64,000 bases of DNA from Rubrivivax sp. (GTDB taxonomy: Bacteria > Pseudomonadota > Gammaproteobacteria > Burkholderiales > Burkholderiaceae_C): positions 11,234-75,233 of the forward strand of contig JBGAII010000003.1 in the NCBI GenBank assembly GCA_044225625.1, read 5' to 3'. The notes under the pieces are model-generated. The model ran no database searches. It saw only the letters and a program-made list of their open reading frames with translations, and was not told where the DNA came from. The position numbers were made by a program, and so were the translations under genes. Shown piece by piece: positions 19,066 through 30,010 of the stretch. Each line of letters starts with the position of its first letter. Within the stretch, counting starts at the first letter, position 1.

Positions 19066-19716
19066 TCATGCGGTCACCCTCTGCAGCCGCACGTGCTGAG
19101 CATGCTCCGAGGCCTGGTGCTCGGTGCAGCGGAAGCCCAGCGCAGCGAGGTCGATGCCGGCGAACAGCGCCTCGCCGCGGCCCAGCAGCACCGGCGACTG
19201 CACCAGATGCATCTCGTCCACCAGTTCGGCCTGCAGGTACTGGCGCACCGTGGCGACGCCACCGCCGATGCGCACGTCCTTGCCGGCGGCCGCCTCACGG
19301 GCACGCTGCAGCGCCTCGTGGATGCCACCGGTGACGAAGTGGAACACCGTGCCGCCCTTCATTGCCAGCGGCGGCCGCGGGTGGTGCGTCAGCACGAACA
19401 CCGGCACGTGATACGGCGGCTCGTCGCCCCACCAGCCCTTCCAGGCGTCGTCGAGCCAGGGCCCGCGCACCGGGCCGAACATGTTGCGCCCCAGGATCCA
19501 GGCGCCGATGTTGCCGAAGCTGCGGCGTGCCCAGTCGTCGTCGATGCCGCCATCGCCGCCCTCCCCCGCATGCATCGCGTTGAAGGTGCGCGTGTGGAAC
19601 ATCCACTGGTGCAGCCCGAGGCCGCCCATGCCGAGCGGGTTCTGCAGGCTCTGGTCGGGGCCGGCACCGAAACCGTCGATCGACACCGCGAAGGCAAGTA
19701 CCTTGAGCTGGGACAC
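19066..19716 (-). CDS. Dihydrofolate reductase family protein (RibD C-terminal domain / YwjB-like).
   Basis: GTG start at 19716 gives VSQLKVLAFAVSIDGFGAGPDQS, with an AGGAGC RBS 5 nt upstream. Conserved GRNMFGP and VFVLTHHPR motifs. Confidence 0.75.
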   Translation of the reverse strand: MSQLKVLAFAVSIDGFGAGPDQSLQNPLGMGGLGLHQWMFHTRTFNAMHAGEGGDGGIDDDWARRSFGNIGAWILGRNMFGPVRGPWLDDAWKGWWGDEPPYHVPVFVLTHHPRPPLAMKGGTVFHFVTGGIHEALQRAREAAAGKDVRIGGGVATVRQYLQAELVDEMHLVQSPVLLGRGEALFAGIDLAALGFRCTEHQASEHAQHVRLQRVTA

Positions 19717-19840
19717 GGCTGCTCCTGTCACGCAGCAGCCCGCGGCCCGGCGGGTGCTGCACGCTGCGTAGACCACCGATGCTAGACGACCCGCGCAGCG
19801 ACGCTGCCGCAACCGGGAACGCCGCAGACCATCGACATTG

Positions 19841-19885
19841 GTTGCGCAACGCAACAATTACGCTAGAATGTTGCGTCGCGCAACC
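19841..19885. promoter_or_regulatory. Putative MarR operator overlapping a -10 TAGAAT box: TTGCGCAACGCAAC...GTTGCGTCGCGCAAC inverted repeats.
   Basis: Read directly in the sequence. It lies immediately upstream of the MarR start (19893) and is divergent from the DHFR-family gene. Confidence 0.45.
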
Positions 19886-19892
19886 AATCGGC

Positions 19893-20327
19893 ATGTTCTT
19901 GGCCCCACCCTTGCCCCACCAGCTGCGCCAGCTCGTCGGCCTGTTCGTGCGCTCGCAGCGCCGCCATCTGCAACCGGTGCAGATGCAGCCGCAGGAGCAT
20001 CTGCTGCTTCAGCTGAACCGCCTGGGCCCGGTGACCCAGGGCGAACTCGGCCGCACGGTCGGGCTGGACAAGAGCTGGATCAGCCGCATCGTCGACCGCT
20101 TCGTGGCCGACGGCCTGGTCGAGCGCCTACCGCTGCCGGAGGACCGGCGCTGCCTGCAGCTGCGGCTGACGCCGAGCGGCGGCGCACGCGCGCGCCAGCT
20201 CGACCAGCTGCTCGACGCTCATGCGGCGCAGATGCTGGCCGGCATTCCACGCGCCGCGCAGCCGGCGTTGAGCGCCGCGCTGCAGACGCTGATCGATGCG
20301 CTGCAGCCCGCCGAACCGAAGACCTGA
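19893..20327 (+). CDS. MarR family transcriptional regulator.
   Basis: Starts MFLAPPLPHQLRQLVGLF. The wHTH segment reads LNRLGPVTQGELGRTVGLDKSWISRIVDRFVADGLVERLPLPEDRR. Its stop is 1 nt from the MFS start. Confidence 0.85.
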   Translation: MFLAPPLPHQLRQLVGLFVRSQRRHLQPVQMQPQEHLLLQLNRLGPVTQGELGRTVGLDKSWISRIVDRFVADGLVERLPLPEDRRCLQLRLTPSGGARARQLDQLLDAHAAQMLAGIPRAAQPALSAALQTLIDALQPAEPKT

Positions 20328-20328
20328 C

Positions 20329-21933
20329 ATGGATCCGACCCGCGCCTTCGCCACCGCGGCGCCCGACGCCGCCAGCGCTGCCGCGGCTGCGCGCAGCTTC
20401 CGCGCGTCGCTGGCCGCGATGATCGGCATCTGCCTGGTGTTCATGCTGACCGCGCTGAACACCTCGGTCGTCGGCACCGCGATGCCACGCATCGTGGCCG
20501 ACCTGCGCGGCTACGACCTGTACCCGTGGGCCGCGTCGGCCTTCCTGATGACCAACGCCATCACGATCCCGATCACCGGTCGGCTGGGCGACCTGTACGG
20601 CCGCAAACCCTTCGTGCTCGCCGCGGTGGTGCTGTTCACGCTCGCGTCGGCGGCCTGCGGCCTGGCGCAGACGATGATGCAGCTGATCCTGGCACGCGCT
20701 GCGCAGGGCTTCGCCGGCGGCATGCTGATCGGCGTCGTCGCAGCCTGCGTGCCCGACCTGTTCCCCGATCGCGTGCAGCGCGTGCGCTGGCAGGTGCTGC
20801 TGTCGTCGAGCTTCGGCGTCGCGCTCGCCGTCGGCCCGTGGCTCGGCGGCTGGGTCACCGAACACCTGGGCTGGCGCTACGTGTTCTTCGTCAGCCTGCC
20901 GGTGGCGCTGGCCGCACTGCCGGTGGTGTGGCGCTACCTGCCGCACACCGTGCACCACGACGGCGGCGACCGGCGCATCGATTGGCTCGGCGTCGTGCTG
21001 CTGGCGGCAGGCATCGGCAGCCTGCTGTTCGCCGCCGAATATGCGCAGGTCCACGGCCTGGCCAGCGCACCGTCGCTGGCGCTGTGGGCGCTGACCGCGC
21101 TGGCCTGCACCGCCTTCTTCCGTCACCAGTACCGCACCGCGGCGCCGATCGTGCCGCCGGCCGTGCTGGACGACCGTGCGTCGCGCCTGCTGATGGTGCT
21201 GGGCGTGCTCACCGGGCTGTCGATGTTCCTGCTGGTGTACTACGCGCCGCTGTTGCTGCAGGGCAGCTTCGGCTTGTCGCCGAACGAGGCCGGCATCGTG
21301 ATGACGCCGCTGCTGGCCTGCATCACCGTGGGCAGCATCGTCAACGGCCGCATCCTGCCCCGCCTGCGCCGCGCCGAGCGGCTGCTGGCCTGGGGACAGC
21401 TGGTGCTCGTTGCCGGCTGCCTGCTGCTGACGCAGGTGGATGCGCACACGCCGCGCGCGACGCTGATGTGGATCTTCGCGCTGTGCGGCGTCAGCCTGGG
21501 CTTCCAGCTGCCGAACCTGACGCTGCAGATGATCGAGGTGGCCGGCCGCCGCCACTTCGGTGTCGCCTCCGCGCTGGTGCAGTCCACGCGCATGATCGGC
21601 AGCATGGTCGGCGTGGGCCTGGCCAGCGTGCTGGTGAACACGGTCTACGCGCGCGGCGTCGATGCGATGCTGGCGCGCTCGCCGGCCACCGACCCCGAAG
21701 TCGCGCATCTGCTCGCATCGCCACAGGTGCTGCTGCGCGCGCAGGACCATGACGCACTGCTGGCCGCGGCGCAGCGGCTGGGCCTGGACCCCGCGCCGTG
21801 GATCGAGGCCGCCAAGCTGGGCCTGGCCAGCGGCACGCATGCCGCATTCCTGCTGTGCGCGCTGGCGTCTCTGGCGTGCTTTGCGATCAGCCTGAAGCTG
21901 CCCGCCTTGGACATGCGCGCGCGCCGCGCCTGA
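20329..21933 (+). CDS. MFS transporter, DHA2 (EmrB/QacA-like) 14-TMS drug:H+ antiporter family.
   Basis: Starts MDPTRAFATAAP. Contains MPRIVADLRGYDLYPWAASAFLMTNAITIPITGRLGDLYGRKP. Operonic with the MarR gene. Confidence 0.85.
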   Translation: MDPTRAFATAAPDAASAAAAARSFRASLAAMIGICLVFMLTALNTSVVGTAMPRIVADLRGYDLYPWAASAFLMTNAITIPITGRLGDLYGRKPFVLAAVVLFTLASAACGLAQTMMQLILARAAQGFAGGMLIGVVAACVPDLFPDRVQRVRWQVLLSSSFGVALAVGPWLGGWVTEHLGWRYVFFVSLPVALAALPVVWRYLPHTVHHDGGDRRIDWLGVVLLAAGIGSLLFAAEYAQVHGLASAPSLALWALTALACTAFFRHQYRTAAPIVPPAVLDDRASRLLMVLGVLTGLSMFLLVYYAPLLLQGSFGLSPNEAGIVMTPLLACITVGSIVNGRILPRLRRAERLLAWGQLVLVAGCLLLTQVDAHTPRATLMWIFALCGVSLGFQLPNLTLQMIEVAGRRHFGVASALVQSTRMIGSMVGVGLASVLVNTVYARGVDAMLARSPATDPEVAHLLASPQVLLRAQDHDALLAAAQRLGLDPAPWIEAAKLGLASGTHAAFLLCALASLACFAISLKLPALDMRARRA

Positions 21934-21937
21934 GCGT

Positions 21938-22483
21938 TCAGCGCGTGCGCGCCGCGGCGGCCTTCTTTCGCGTCGCACGTGCCGTGCTGCCCCAGGTGTC
22001 GGACGCCAGCTTGCCGCTGGCCACCCACAGCCATTCGATGCGGCTGTAGGTGAACGACACCTCTTCGTACTCCGTCCAGCGCAGCAGCGTGGCATCGCGC
22101 GTGTCCGGCATGACGAAGCGGATCTGGCACACGCGCGCGTCGCCCAGCCGCACCGTGTAGTACTGCTGCTCCACGCCGCTGGCAGAGCCGACCGTGCCCG
22201 TGCCCTTGGGCGTCCAGAACTGCAGCTCCCACTCGGTGGCCAGCTCGTTGCCGGCCAGCATCTGGTACAGCGGCACCGAGGCCGCATCCACCGGCTTGGT
22301 GACGACGAAGGGTTGATGCTGGCGCTTGCCGCTGGCCTGGCCGGTGGCGGCAGCGAACGGCTGGCTCAGCGCATGGCTTGCGGCCACCACCAGGATCTTG
22401 CCTTCGCGCCCTTTCTGCACGACCGAGCCCTTGATGTCGCCTTGCTGCTGGCCCTTGAGTTTGAGATAGGCGTTCAGTGCCAT
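21938..22483 (-). CDS. hcp: Type VI secretion system tube protein Hcp (TssD), present as an orphan copy.
   Basis: Starts MALNAYLKLKGQQQGDIKGSVVQKGREGKILVVAASHALSQPF, the typical Hcp1 N-terminus. An AGGGGGA RBS lies upstream. It has a short K/R-rich C-terminal tail. No other tss genes occur in the window. Confidence 0.85.
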   Translation of the reverse strand: MALNAYLKLKGQQQGDIKGSVVQKGREGKILVVAASHALSQPFAAATGQASGKRQHQPFVVTKPVDAASVPLYQMLAGNELATEWELQFWTPKGTGTVGSASGVEQQYYTVRLGDARVCQIRFVMPDTRDATLLRWTEYEEVSFTYSRIEWLWVASGKLASDTWGSTARATRKKAAAARTR

Positions 22484-22715
22484 GGGATCCCCCTGCGGTT
22501 TATGGTGCGCGCAATGTAGGCCTGCCACCGGGTGGTGTCGAGGACGGCGTCGAGCCCCCGCGCGGGCCGCAGGACCGCCGTGGCCGGAACCGCACCGGGT
22601 TGCGCCAAATCAACGCCTGCGGCGGCGGCACCTCAAGGCCGCCGGCAAAGCGCCGAAGTAGACGGTGCGACGTCCGGAAGGAGCGCCGCCCTTTCCCACT
22701 TCACGGACGCCCACG

Positions 22716-23828
22716 ATGTCTCTCCCCGACCGTTTCCGCCGCACCGCGCGGCCCCTGCTGGTAGCAGCCATGGCCGCGATCGCCGCCGCCGCACCCACGG
22801 CGCAGGCCTGCACCAGCTTCATGCTGACGGCCAAGGACGGCAGCCGCCTCTATGCCCGCACGATGGAGTTCGGCGTGGACATGAAGGCCCAGGTGACGGT
22901 GCTGCCGCGTGGCCTGGCGATGGCCGGCACGCTGCCCAACAACCAGAAGGGCAAGCAGTGGACCAGCCGCTATGCCGCGCTGGGCATGAACGGCTTCAAC
23001 CTGCCGATCCTGGTGGACGGCTTCAACGAGAAGGGCCTGGCCGGCGGCATGCTGTTCTTCCCCGGCTATGCCCAACTGGTGCCAGCCGGGCAGGCTCCAC
23101 AGGCCAAGGCGCTGGCCTCGTGGGAGTTCCTGGCCTGGGTGCTGACCAACTACGCCAGCGTGGCCGAGGTCAAGGCGGCCATCGCGGCCGGCGAGATCGT
23201 CATCGTCGACACCGTGCAGACCGACCTGGGCATTTCGCCGCCGCTGCACTACACGCTGCACGACCGCAGCGGCGCGTCGGTGGTGATCGAGCCGGTGGGC
23301 GGCAAGCTGGTGATGACCGACAACCCGTACACGGTGCTGACCAACGCGCCGGACATCGGCTGGCACATGACCAACCTGCGCAACTACAGCACACTGACGC
23401 CCGATTTCCCGCCGCCGCTGAAGGTCATGGGCCAGACGCTGGTGCCCTTCAGCACCGGCTCGGGCATGCGCGGCCTGCCAGGCAGCCAGAGCTCGCCGGC
23501 GCGCTATGTGCAGGCGGTGGCCTACGTGGCCACGCTGCCGCCGCCGGCCGATGCCTGGGGCAACGTGCGCAGCGCCGAGCACATCCTGAACCACTTCGAC
23601 CTGTCCAACGGCTCGGCTGGCGAGTACAGCGGCATCAAGGGCCAGGGCGGCTTCGAGCTGACCTACTGGACGGCCTTCTCCGACCTGGCCACCAACCGCT
23701 TCTACTTCAAGACCTACGACAACCAGCAGATGCGCTACGTGGACCTGAAGGACTTCGATCTGGACGCCAAGGCGCCGCGCTACCTGCCCACGACGCAGCC
23801 CTACCAGCCGCAGCGCCTGCAGCCGTGA
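22716..23828 (+). CDS. Choloylglycine hydrolase family protein (linear amide C-N hydrolase, Ntn-hydrolase fold; PVA/BSH-like), predicted secreted.
   Basis: Starts MSLPDRFRRTARPLLVAAMAAIAAAAPTAQA followed by CTSFML, i.e. a signal peptide then an N-terminal Cys nucleophile. Confidence 0.75.
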   Translation: MSLPDRFRRTARPLLVAAMAAIAAAAPTAQACTSFMLTAKDGSRLYARTMEFGVDMKAQVTVLPRGLAMAGTLPNNQKGKQWTSRYAALGMNGFNLPILVDGFNEKGLAGGMLFFPGYAQLVPAGQAPQAKALASWEFLAWVLTNYASVAEVKAAIAAGEIVIVDTVQTDLGISPPLHYTLHDRSGASVVIEPVGGKLVMTDNPYTVLTNAPDIGWHMTNLRNYSTLTPDFPPPLKVMGQTLVPFSTGSGMRGLPGSQSSPARYVQAVAYVATLPPPADAWGNVRSAEHILNHFDLSNGSAGEYSGIKGQGGFELTYWTAFSDLATNRFYFKTYDNQQMRYVDLKDFDLDAKAPRYLPTTQPYQPQRLQP

Positions 23829-23837
23829 CGGGCACGT

Positions 23838-24365
23838 TCAGCGCGGCCGGGTCGCGCGTCCCGTGATGTCGTCGCGGAAGAACAGCCGGAAGATGCGCTC
23901 CTCGCCGAGCGCACGGCCCAGCTCGCGGATCGCGCAGTAGTTGAGGATGACCACCAGGATCACGATCTGGATGCCCCAGAAGTGCGGCCAGATCATCTCG
24001 CCGAGCAGCTTGTGGTTGCCGGCGGCGATGCTGCCGGCCTCCTTGGTGGCGTCGTACAGCCGCTCCAGGTAGTGGATGACCGAGGCCAGGGCGAAGTAGA
24101 TGACGGTCTTCCAGAGGATGTTGTAGGCCAGCGGCTTCTCCGGAAAGCGGTTGATCGCCGGCAGCATGTCGGCCACCAGCACGGCCTTGCCCAGGATCAG
24201 CGCCGACAGCGCGATCTGCGCGGTGCTGCTGCCCGGCAGGCCGCTGCCGCTGGTCATCAGCGAGCGAACCAGGGCGATGACGTGCAGCGCGACGAAGAAG
24301 AACAGTGTCGGCGGCACCACCTTCAGGAACTCTTCCTTTAACTTGTGCAGCGTCGAATGGCTCAT
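23838..24365 (-). CDS. Hypothetical inner-membrane protein.
   Basis: Starts MSHSTLHKLKEEFLKVVPPTLFFFVALHVIALV and contains several TM segments. Confidence 0.5.
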   Translation of the reverse strand: MSHSTLHKLKEEFLKVVPPTLFFFVALHVIALVRSLMTSGSGLPGSSTAQIALSALILGKAVLVADMLPAINRFPEKPLAYNILWKTVIYFALASVIHYLERLYDATKEAGSIAAGNHKLLGEMIWPHFWGIQIVILVVILNYCAIRELGRALGEERIFRLFFRDDITGRATRPR

Positions 24366-24460
24366 GGGGCGGTGGACTCCGGCGGTGGATCGGGTGGGCA
24401 GGGCGCGCCACTGTAGCGTGCGAGCGGAGGCAGAATGCGGGACGCCCAACGAGACGCCCC

Positions 24461-25093
24461 ATGCCCCAGCTCGAAATCCTCGGCCGTTCCACCTCGATCA
24501 ACGTGCGCAAGGTCCTGTGGACCTGTGCCGAACTCGACCTGCCCTACACGCACGTCGAATGGGGCGCAGGCGATCTGTCGCTGCGCGACCCGGCCTACCT
24601 GGCGCTGAACCCGAATGCACTGGTGCCGGTGATCCGCGACGGCGACTTCGCGCTCTGGGAAAGCAACACCATCTGCCGGTACCTGGCGGCCAAGGCCGGC
24701 CGCACCGACCTGCTGCCGGCCGATCCCGCGGCGCGGGCACAGGTCGAGAAGTGGATGGACTGGCAGAACACCGAGCTGAACAACGCCTGGCGCTACGCCT
24801 TCATGGGCCTGGTGCGCAAGCACGCTGCCTATACCGATGCCGCGCAGATCGAGTCCAGCGTGCAGGCCTGGAACCGCCAGATGACGCTGCTGGACGAGGC
24901 GCTGCGCACCGGCGGCGACTACCTGGCCGCCCCGCATCTGACGCTGGCCGATGTGGTCGTGGGCCTGGCCATGCACCGCTGGTTCATGACGCCGATCGAC
25001 GACCGGCCGGCGTTGCCCGCGGTGGCGGCCTACTACGACCGGCTGAACGAGCGGCCGGGCTATCGCGCGCACGGGCGCAACGGCGTTCCCTGA
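24461..25093 (+). CDS. Glutathione S-transferase.
   Basis: Starts MPQLEILGRSTSINVRKVLWTCAELDLPY, contains ALVPVIRDGDFALWESNTICRYLA, and has a GST C-terminal domain. Confidence 0.85.
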   Translation: MPQLEILGRSTSINVRKVLWTCAELDLPYTHVEWGAGDLSLRDPAYLALNPNALVPVIRDGDFALWESNTICRYLAAKAGRTDLLPADPAARAQVEKWMDWQNTELNNAWRYAFMGLVRKHAAYTDAAQIESSVQAWNRQMTLLDEALRTGGDYLAAPHLTLADVVVGLAMHRWFMTPIDDRPALPAVAAYYDRLNERPGYRAHGRNGVP

Positions 25094-25111
25094 GGCTCGG
25101 GCGCGGCGGGA

Positions 25112-25792
25112 TCAGCCCGCAGCGGATTCGGCGACGAAGATGTCGACGCGGCGGTTGCGAGCCCGGCCGTCGGCGGTGGCGTTGTCGGCGATCGGCTCGC
25201 GCGAGCCGCGCCCGTCGATGGCAATGCGCTGGCCGGCGACGCCGTGCGCCACCAGGTAGTTGCGCACCGACGATGCGCGGTTCACCGACAGCGGGTCGTT
25301 GATCGCATCGCTGCCGGTGCTGTCGGTGTGGCCGACGATGCGCACGGTGGTGCGCGGGTTCTCGTTCAGCGTCTGCGCGAAACGGTCGAGGATCGGATCC
25401 AGGCCGGGGGCGATCTGCGCGCTGCCGGTGGCGAAGGAGATGTCGCTCGGCACTTCGAGCTTCAGCTGGTTGTCGGCGGTCTGCGACACCTTGACGCCGC
25501 TGCCCTGCGTGGCCGCTTCCATCTGCTGCTTCTGCTTGGCCATCTGGCTGGACCAGATGTAGCCGCCGAGCGCACCGACCGCCGCACCGGCCAGCGCGCC
25601 GTGCGTGCGGTTGCTGCCGTGCACCGCGGCACCGACGGCGGCTCCGGCGGCGGCGCCGATGGCGGTGTCGCGCGTCGGATTCGGGTTGTACGAGGAGGAC
25701 GCGCAGCCGGCCAGGGCGATGCTGCAGGCCAGTACGACGGCGGGTGAAAAGGTCGTTGCTTGCATGGCGGCGCATGCTGCCATGCAGGCCAT
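25112..25792 (-). CDS. OmpA-family lipoprotein (Gly-zipper N-terminal region plus OmpA-like peptidoglycan-binding domain).
   Basis: Lipobox SIALAGC. OmpA_C motifs IVGHTDSTGSDAINDPLSVNRASSVRNYLV...RNRRVDIFV. The start is ambiguous: MACMAAC at 25792 or MQATT at 25765. I initially misread this line by 1 nt, so the start positions here come from ORF-track frame arithmetic, not from my by-eye reading. Confidence 0.8.
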   Translation of the reverse strand: MACMAACAAMQATTFSPAVVLACSIALAGCASSSYNPNPTRDTAIGAAAGAAVGAAVHGSNRTHGALAGAAVGALGGYIWSSQMAKQKQQMEAATQGSGVKVSQTADNQLKLEVPSDISFATGSAQIAPGLDPILDRFAQTLNENPRTTVRIVGHTDSTGSDAINDPLSVNRASSVRNYLVAHGVAGQRIAIDGRGSREPIADNATADGRARNRRVDIFVAESAAG

Positions 25793-25830
25793 GCCGCGCC
25801 TGTAGGACGCCGCCGCGTCAGGCCACCGCG

Positions 25831-27338
<1,508 letters not shown>

Positions 27339-27890
27339 GGGCTTCGCGTTCAGACCGAGGGAATGTGTGCCCGTGATCGGCGCACAGCCGCCGCTCGTGA
27401 GTAAGGTCATCTGTCCTCACGGGGCCGGCGTTCCACATCGGCTGCGGTAGCGCGCTGGCGTCACCCGCGGTCTCCGGCCCACCTCGCGGGCGGCCGGCTT
27501 CTGTTCGCGGCCGGTACCTCATCACCACCGACCAGGCGGGGACCCAGCCAGCGTACCGCGAATGGGGCCTGCGCCCGCGGGTGGCCACCATCGCACTACA
27601 ACGAGCGCTCGCTGGGCGCCTGCACGAACACCGCGGTGGCGGCAGGGCGTGTGGTTCGGGTTTGCGGGCGCAGGCCCCATTCGCGGCACGCTGATCCCGT
27701 CACTGCCTGGTCAGTGGCGACGAGGCGATCTTCGCAGGCCCAAGTCGCTGGCCCGCGAGCGTGGGCCGGACGCGGGCCCGGACCACGCGCCACGCTGAAC
27801 GCTCGCATGCATGAACAACGAGCGTCCGCTAAGCGCCGTCAGCCGCCACCACCTCATCCACGCTCGATCGCAAAGCGATATGAACCGGGC

Positions 27891-29195
27891 TCAGACCCGC
27901 GGCGTCGGGTTCACCGCCACCGACGTGTCCTGCAGCAGCATGTGCACGTCGCCCAGCGCGCGCTCGGCAAAGCCGCCCTCGCAGTAGCTCAGGTAGAAGT
28001 GCCACATGCGCAGCAGCGCCTCGGGGTAGCCGCGCGCGCGCACCTGCTCGGCATTGGCGAACAGGTTGCGGCGCCAGGCCGCCAGCGTGGTGGCGTAGTG
28101 CGGGCCGATGTCCTCCAGGTCGACCAGACGCAGCGCCGACGCGCGCACCGCCGACTGCGTCAGTGCGCTCACCGACGGGATGCAGCAGCCCGGGAAGATG
28201 TGGCGCTTGATGAAGTCCACCGAATCGCGCGCCGACGCGTACTGCCGGTCGTCGATGGTGATGGCCTGCAGCAGCATCGTGCCGCCGGGCACCAGCAGCT
28301 CGTTGCAGCGGCGGAAGAAGGTGTCGAAGTAGTGGTGGCCCACGGCCTCGATCATCTCCACCGACACCAGCTTGTCGTAGCGGCCGTCCAGGTCGCGATA
28401 GTCGTCCATGCGCAGCGTGATGCGCTCGGCCAGGCCGGCGGCGTCGATGCGCTCGCGCGCCAGCGCATGCTGCTCGCGCGAGATGGTCGTCGTCGTCACG
28501 CGGCAGCCGTAGTGCCGTGCCGCGTGCAGCGCCAGCGCGCCCCAGCCGGTGCCGATCTCCAGCAGATGGTCGCCGGGCTGCAGATCGAGCTTGCGACAAA
28601 TGCGGTCGAGCTTGGCGGTCTGCGCCTGCTCCAGCGTCATGTCCGGCCGCTCGTAGACCGCGCACGAATACATCATCGTCGGGTCGAGGAACAGCTCGAA
28701 GAAGTCGTTGCCGATGTCGTAGTGCGCGGCGATGTTGCGGCGGCTGCCGCGGCGCGTGTTGCGCGACGCGGCGTGCAGCAGCCGGCGCGCGGGCTCGGCC
28801 AGCCGCGACCAGCCGCCGTCCAGGCCGTCGAGCAGGCCGCGGTTGACCAGCAGGATGCGCACCAGCGCGGTCAGGTCGTCCGCCGTCCAGTCGCCGGCCA
28901 TGAACGACTCGCCCGCGCCGACCGAGCCGCCGAAGGCCACCTCGCTGTAGAAGCGCGGGTCGCGCACCACCACCGTGGCCTGCAGCGCACAGTGCGCCGA
29001 GGCCCGGCCATAGGTATGACGGCGCGTGCCGTCGACGATCGTCAGCCGGCCGTGCTCCAGACCTTCCAGGCGCGCACGCAGCGTGCGTTCGGCCAGGGCT
29101 TCCAGGCCGCGCGCGATGCGCCCCGGACGTGCCGCGGCGGTGTCGGATGGCCTGGCACGCATGCGCTCGGCCAGCGTGGGATTCGTGCTCTTCAT
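27891..29195 (-). CDS. Cyclopropane-fatty-acyl-phospholipid synthase family SAM-dependent methyltransferase.
   Basis: Starts MKSTNPTLAERMRARP with a GGAG RBS. Contains the CFA-synthase region HYDIGNDFFELFLDPTMMYSCAVYE...LEIGTGWGALALHAARHYGCRVTTTTISREQ. Last gene of the sigma-E operon, with an ATGA overlap to DUF1365. Confidence 0.85.
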   Translation of the reverse strand: MKSTNPTLAERMRARPSDTAAARPGRIARGLEALAERTLRARLEGLEHGRLTIVDGTRRHTYGRASAHCALQATVVVRDPRFYSEVAFGGSVGAGESFMAGDWTADDLTALVRILLVNRGLLDGLDGGWSRLAEPARRLLHAASRNTRRGSRRNIAAHYDIGNDFFELFLDPTMMYSCAVYERPDMTLEQAQTAKLDRICRKLDLQPGDHLLEIGTGWGALALHAARHYGCRVTTTTISREQHALARERIDAAGLAERITLRMDDYRDLDGRYDKLVSVEMIEAVGHHYFDTFFRRCNELLVPGGTMLLQAITIDDRQYASARDSVDFIKRHIFPGCCIPSVSALTQSAVRASALRLVDLEDIGPHYATTLAAWRRNLFANAEQVRARGYPEALLRMWHFYLSYCEGGFAERALGDVHMLLQDTSVAVNPTPRV

Positions 29196-30010
29196 CGGGG
29201 ATGCTCCGTGGGTCGTGGGCGGACGGACAGCGCCGCGCGTGCGGCCTTCGACCGCGTCGGATGGTCGTGGACGGGAACCCGCTTCAGCCACAGGCGCAGG
29301 GCCTGCCAATGGATGGCGGCGATCACCTGGGCCGTCATCCACGGAAAACGCAGCAGCGTACCGGCCAGCGCGGCGCCCCCGACCGGGACGCGCCGCAGCG
29401 CGAGCGTCGCGCCGAAGACCGGCGCCACGCCGGCGTCGGTGCCGTCCGCAGGCCGCAGCGCCATGTGCACCGCCAGCGCCTCGCCGGGCGTGTGCAGCTG
29501 CCAGTCGTAGCGCAGCGCCATTGGCTGGAACGGCGAGACGTGCATCAGCTTGTCGCTGCGCGCACGCAGCACCTCGGCGCCGGGCTCGGACTGCGGCAGC
29601 ACGTAGCAATGGCGCTCGCCCCAGGGCGTGTTGGTGACCTCGGCGACCACCGTCTCCACCGACTGCCCGGCGGCGTCGAAGCAGTAGTAGAAGCTGACCG
29701 GGTTGAAGACGAAGCCGAAGATGCGCAGGTGCGTCAGCAGGCGGATCGGGCCGGCCGGCCGGCGGCCGGTGCGCTCGGCCACCAGCGCACGCACCGCCTC
29801 GTCCAGCGGCAGGGCCGGGTCGCCCAGGTGATCGCGGCGGTCGAAGCGGGCCAGTGCCGTGCGCGACGTGGACCACAGCCAGCGGCCGCGGAACACCTGG
29901 TCCAGCTCGGCCAGGTCGAGGTAGGCCATGAACAGCCGGTAGCGGAACGCATGCCGGCGCGGCGCCAGCCGCCGGTGATCAAGCCACCCGTGATAGAGCG
30001 CGCTGTGCAT
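29192..30010 (-). CDS. DUF1365 family protein.
   Basis: Starts MHSALYHGWLDHRRLAPRRHAFRYRLFMAYLDL. Family membership and its conserved placement between the oxidoreductase and the CFA synthase support the call. Confidence 0.75.
   Translation of the reverse strand: MHSALYHGWLDHRRLAPRRHAFRYRLFMAYLDLAELDQVFRGRWLWSTSRTALARFDRRDHLGDPALPLDEAVRALVAERTGRRPAGPIRLLTHLRIFGFVFNPVSFYYCFDAAGQSVETVVAEVTNTPWGERHCYVLPQSEPGAEVLRARSDKLMHVSPFQPMALRYDWQLHTPGEALAVHMALRPADGTDAGVAPVFGATLALRRVPVGGAALAGTLLRFPWMTAQVIAAIHWQALRLWLKRVPVHDHPTRSKAARAALSVRPRPTEHPR

Noticed and set aside
20080-22287. A 735 aa minus-strand ORF.
   Set aside because: Antisense to the MFS transporter and hcp, and Arg/Gln-rich with no domains.
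21938-22483. hcp as evidence of a T6SS cluster in this window.
   Set aside because: No tssA-M, vgrG, clpV or PAAR genes are present on either side. It is treated as an orphan hcp only.
27636-29510. A 624 aa plus-strand ORF, and minus-strand ORF 27829..28665.
   Set aside because: Antisense or wrong-frame relative to the well-supported CFA synthase gene (27891..29195).
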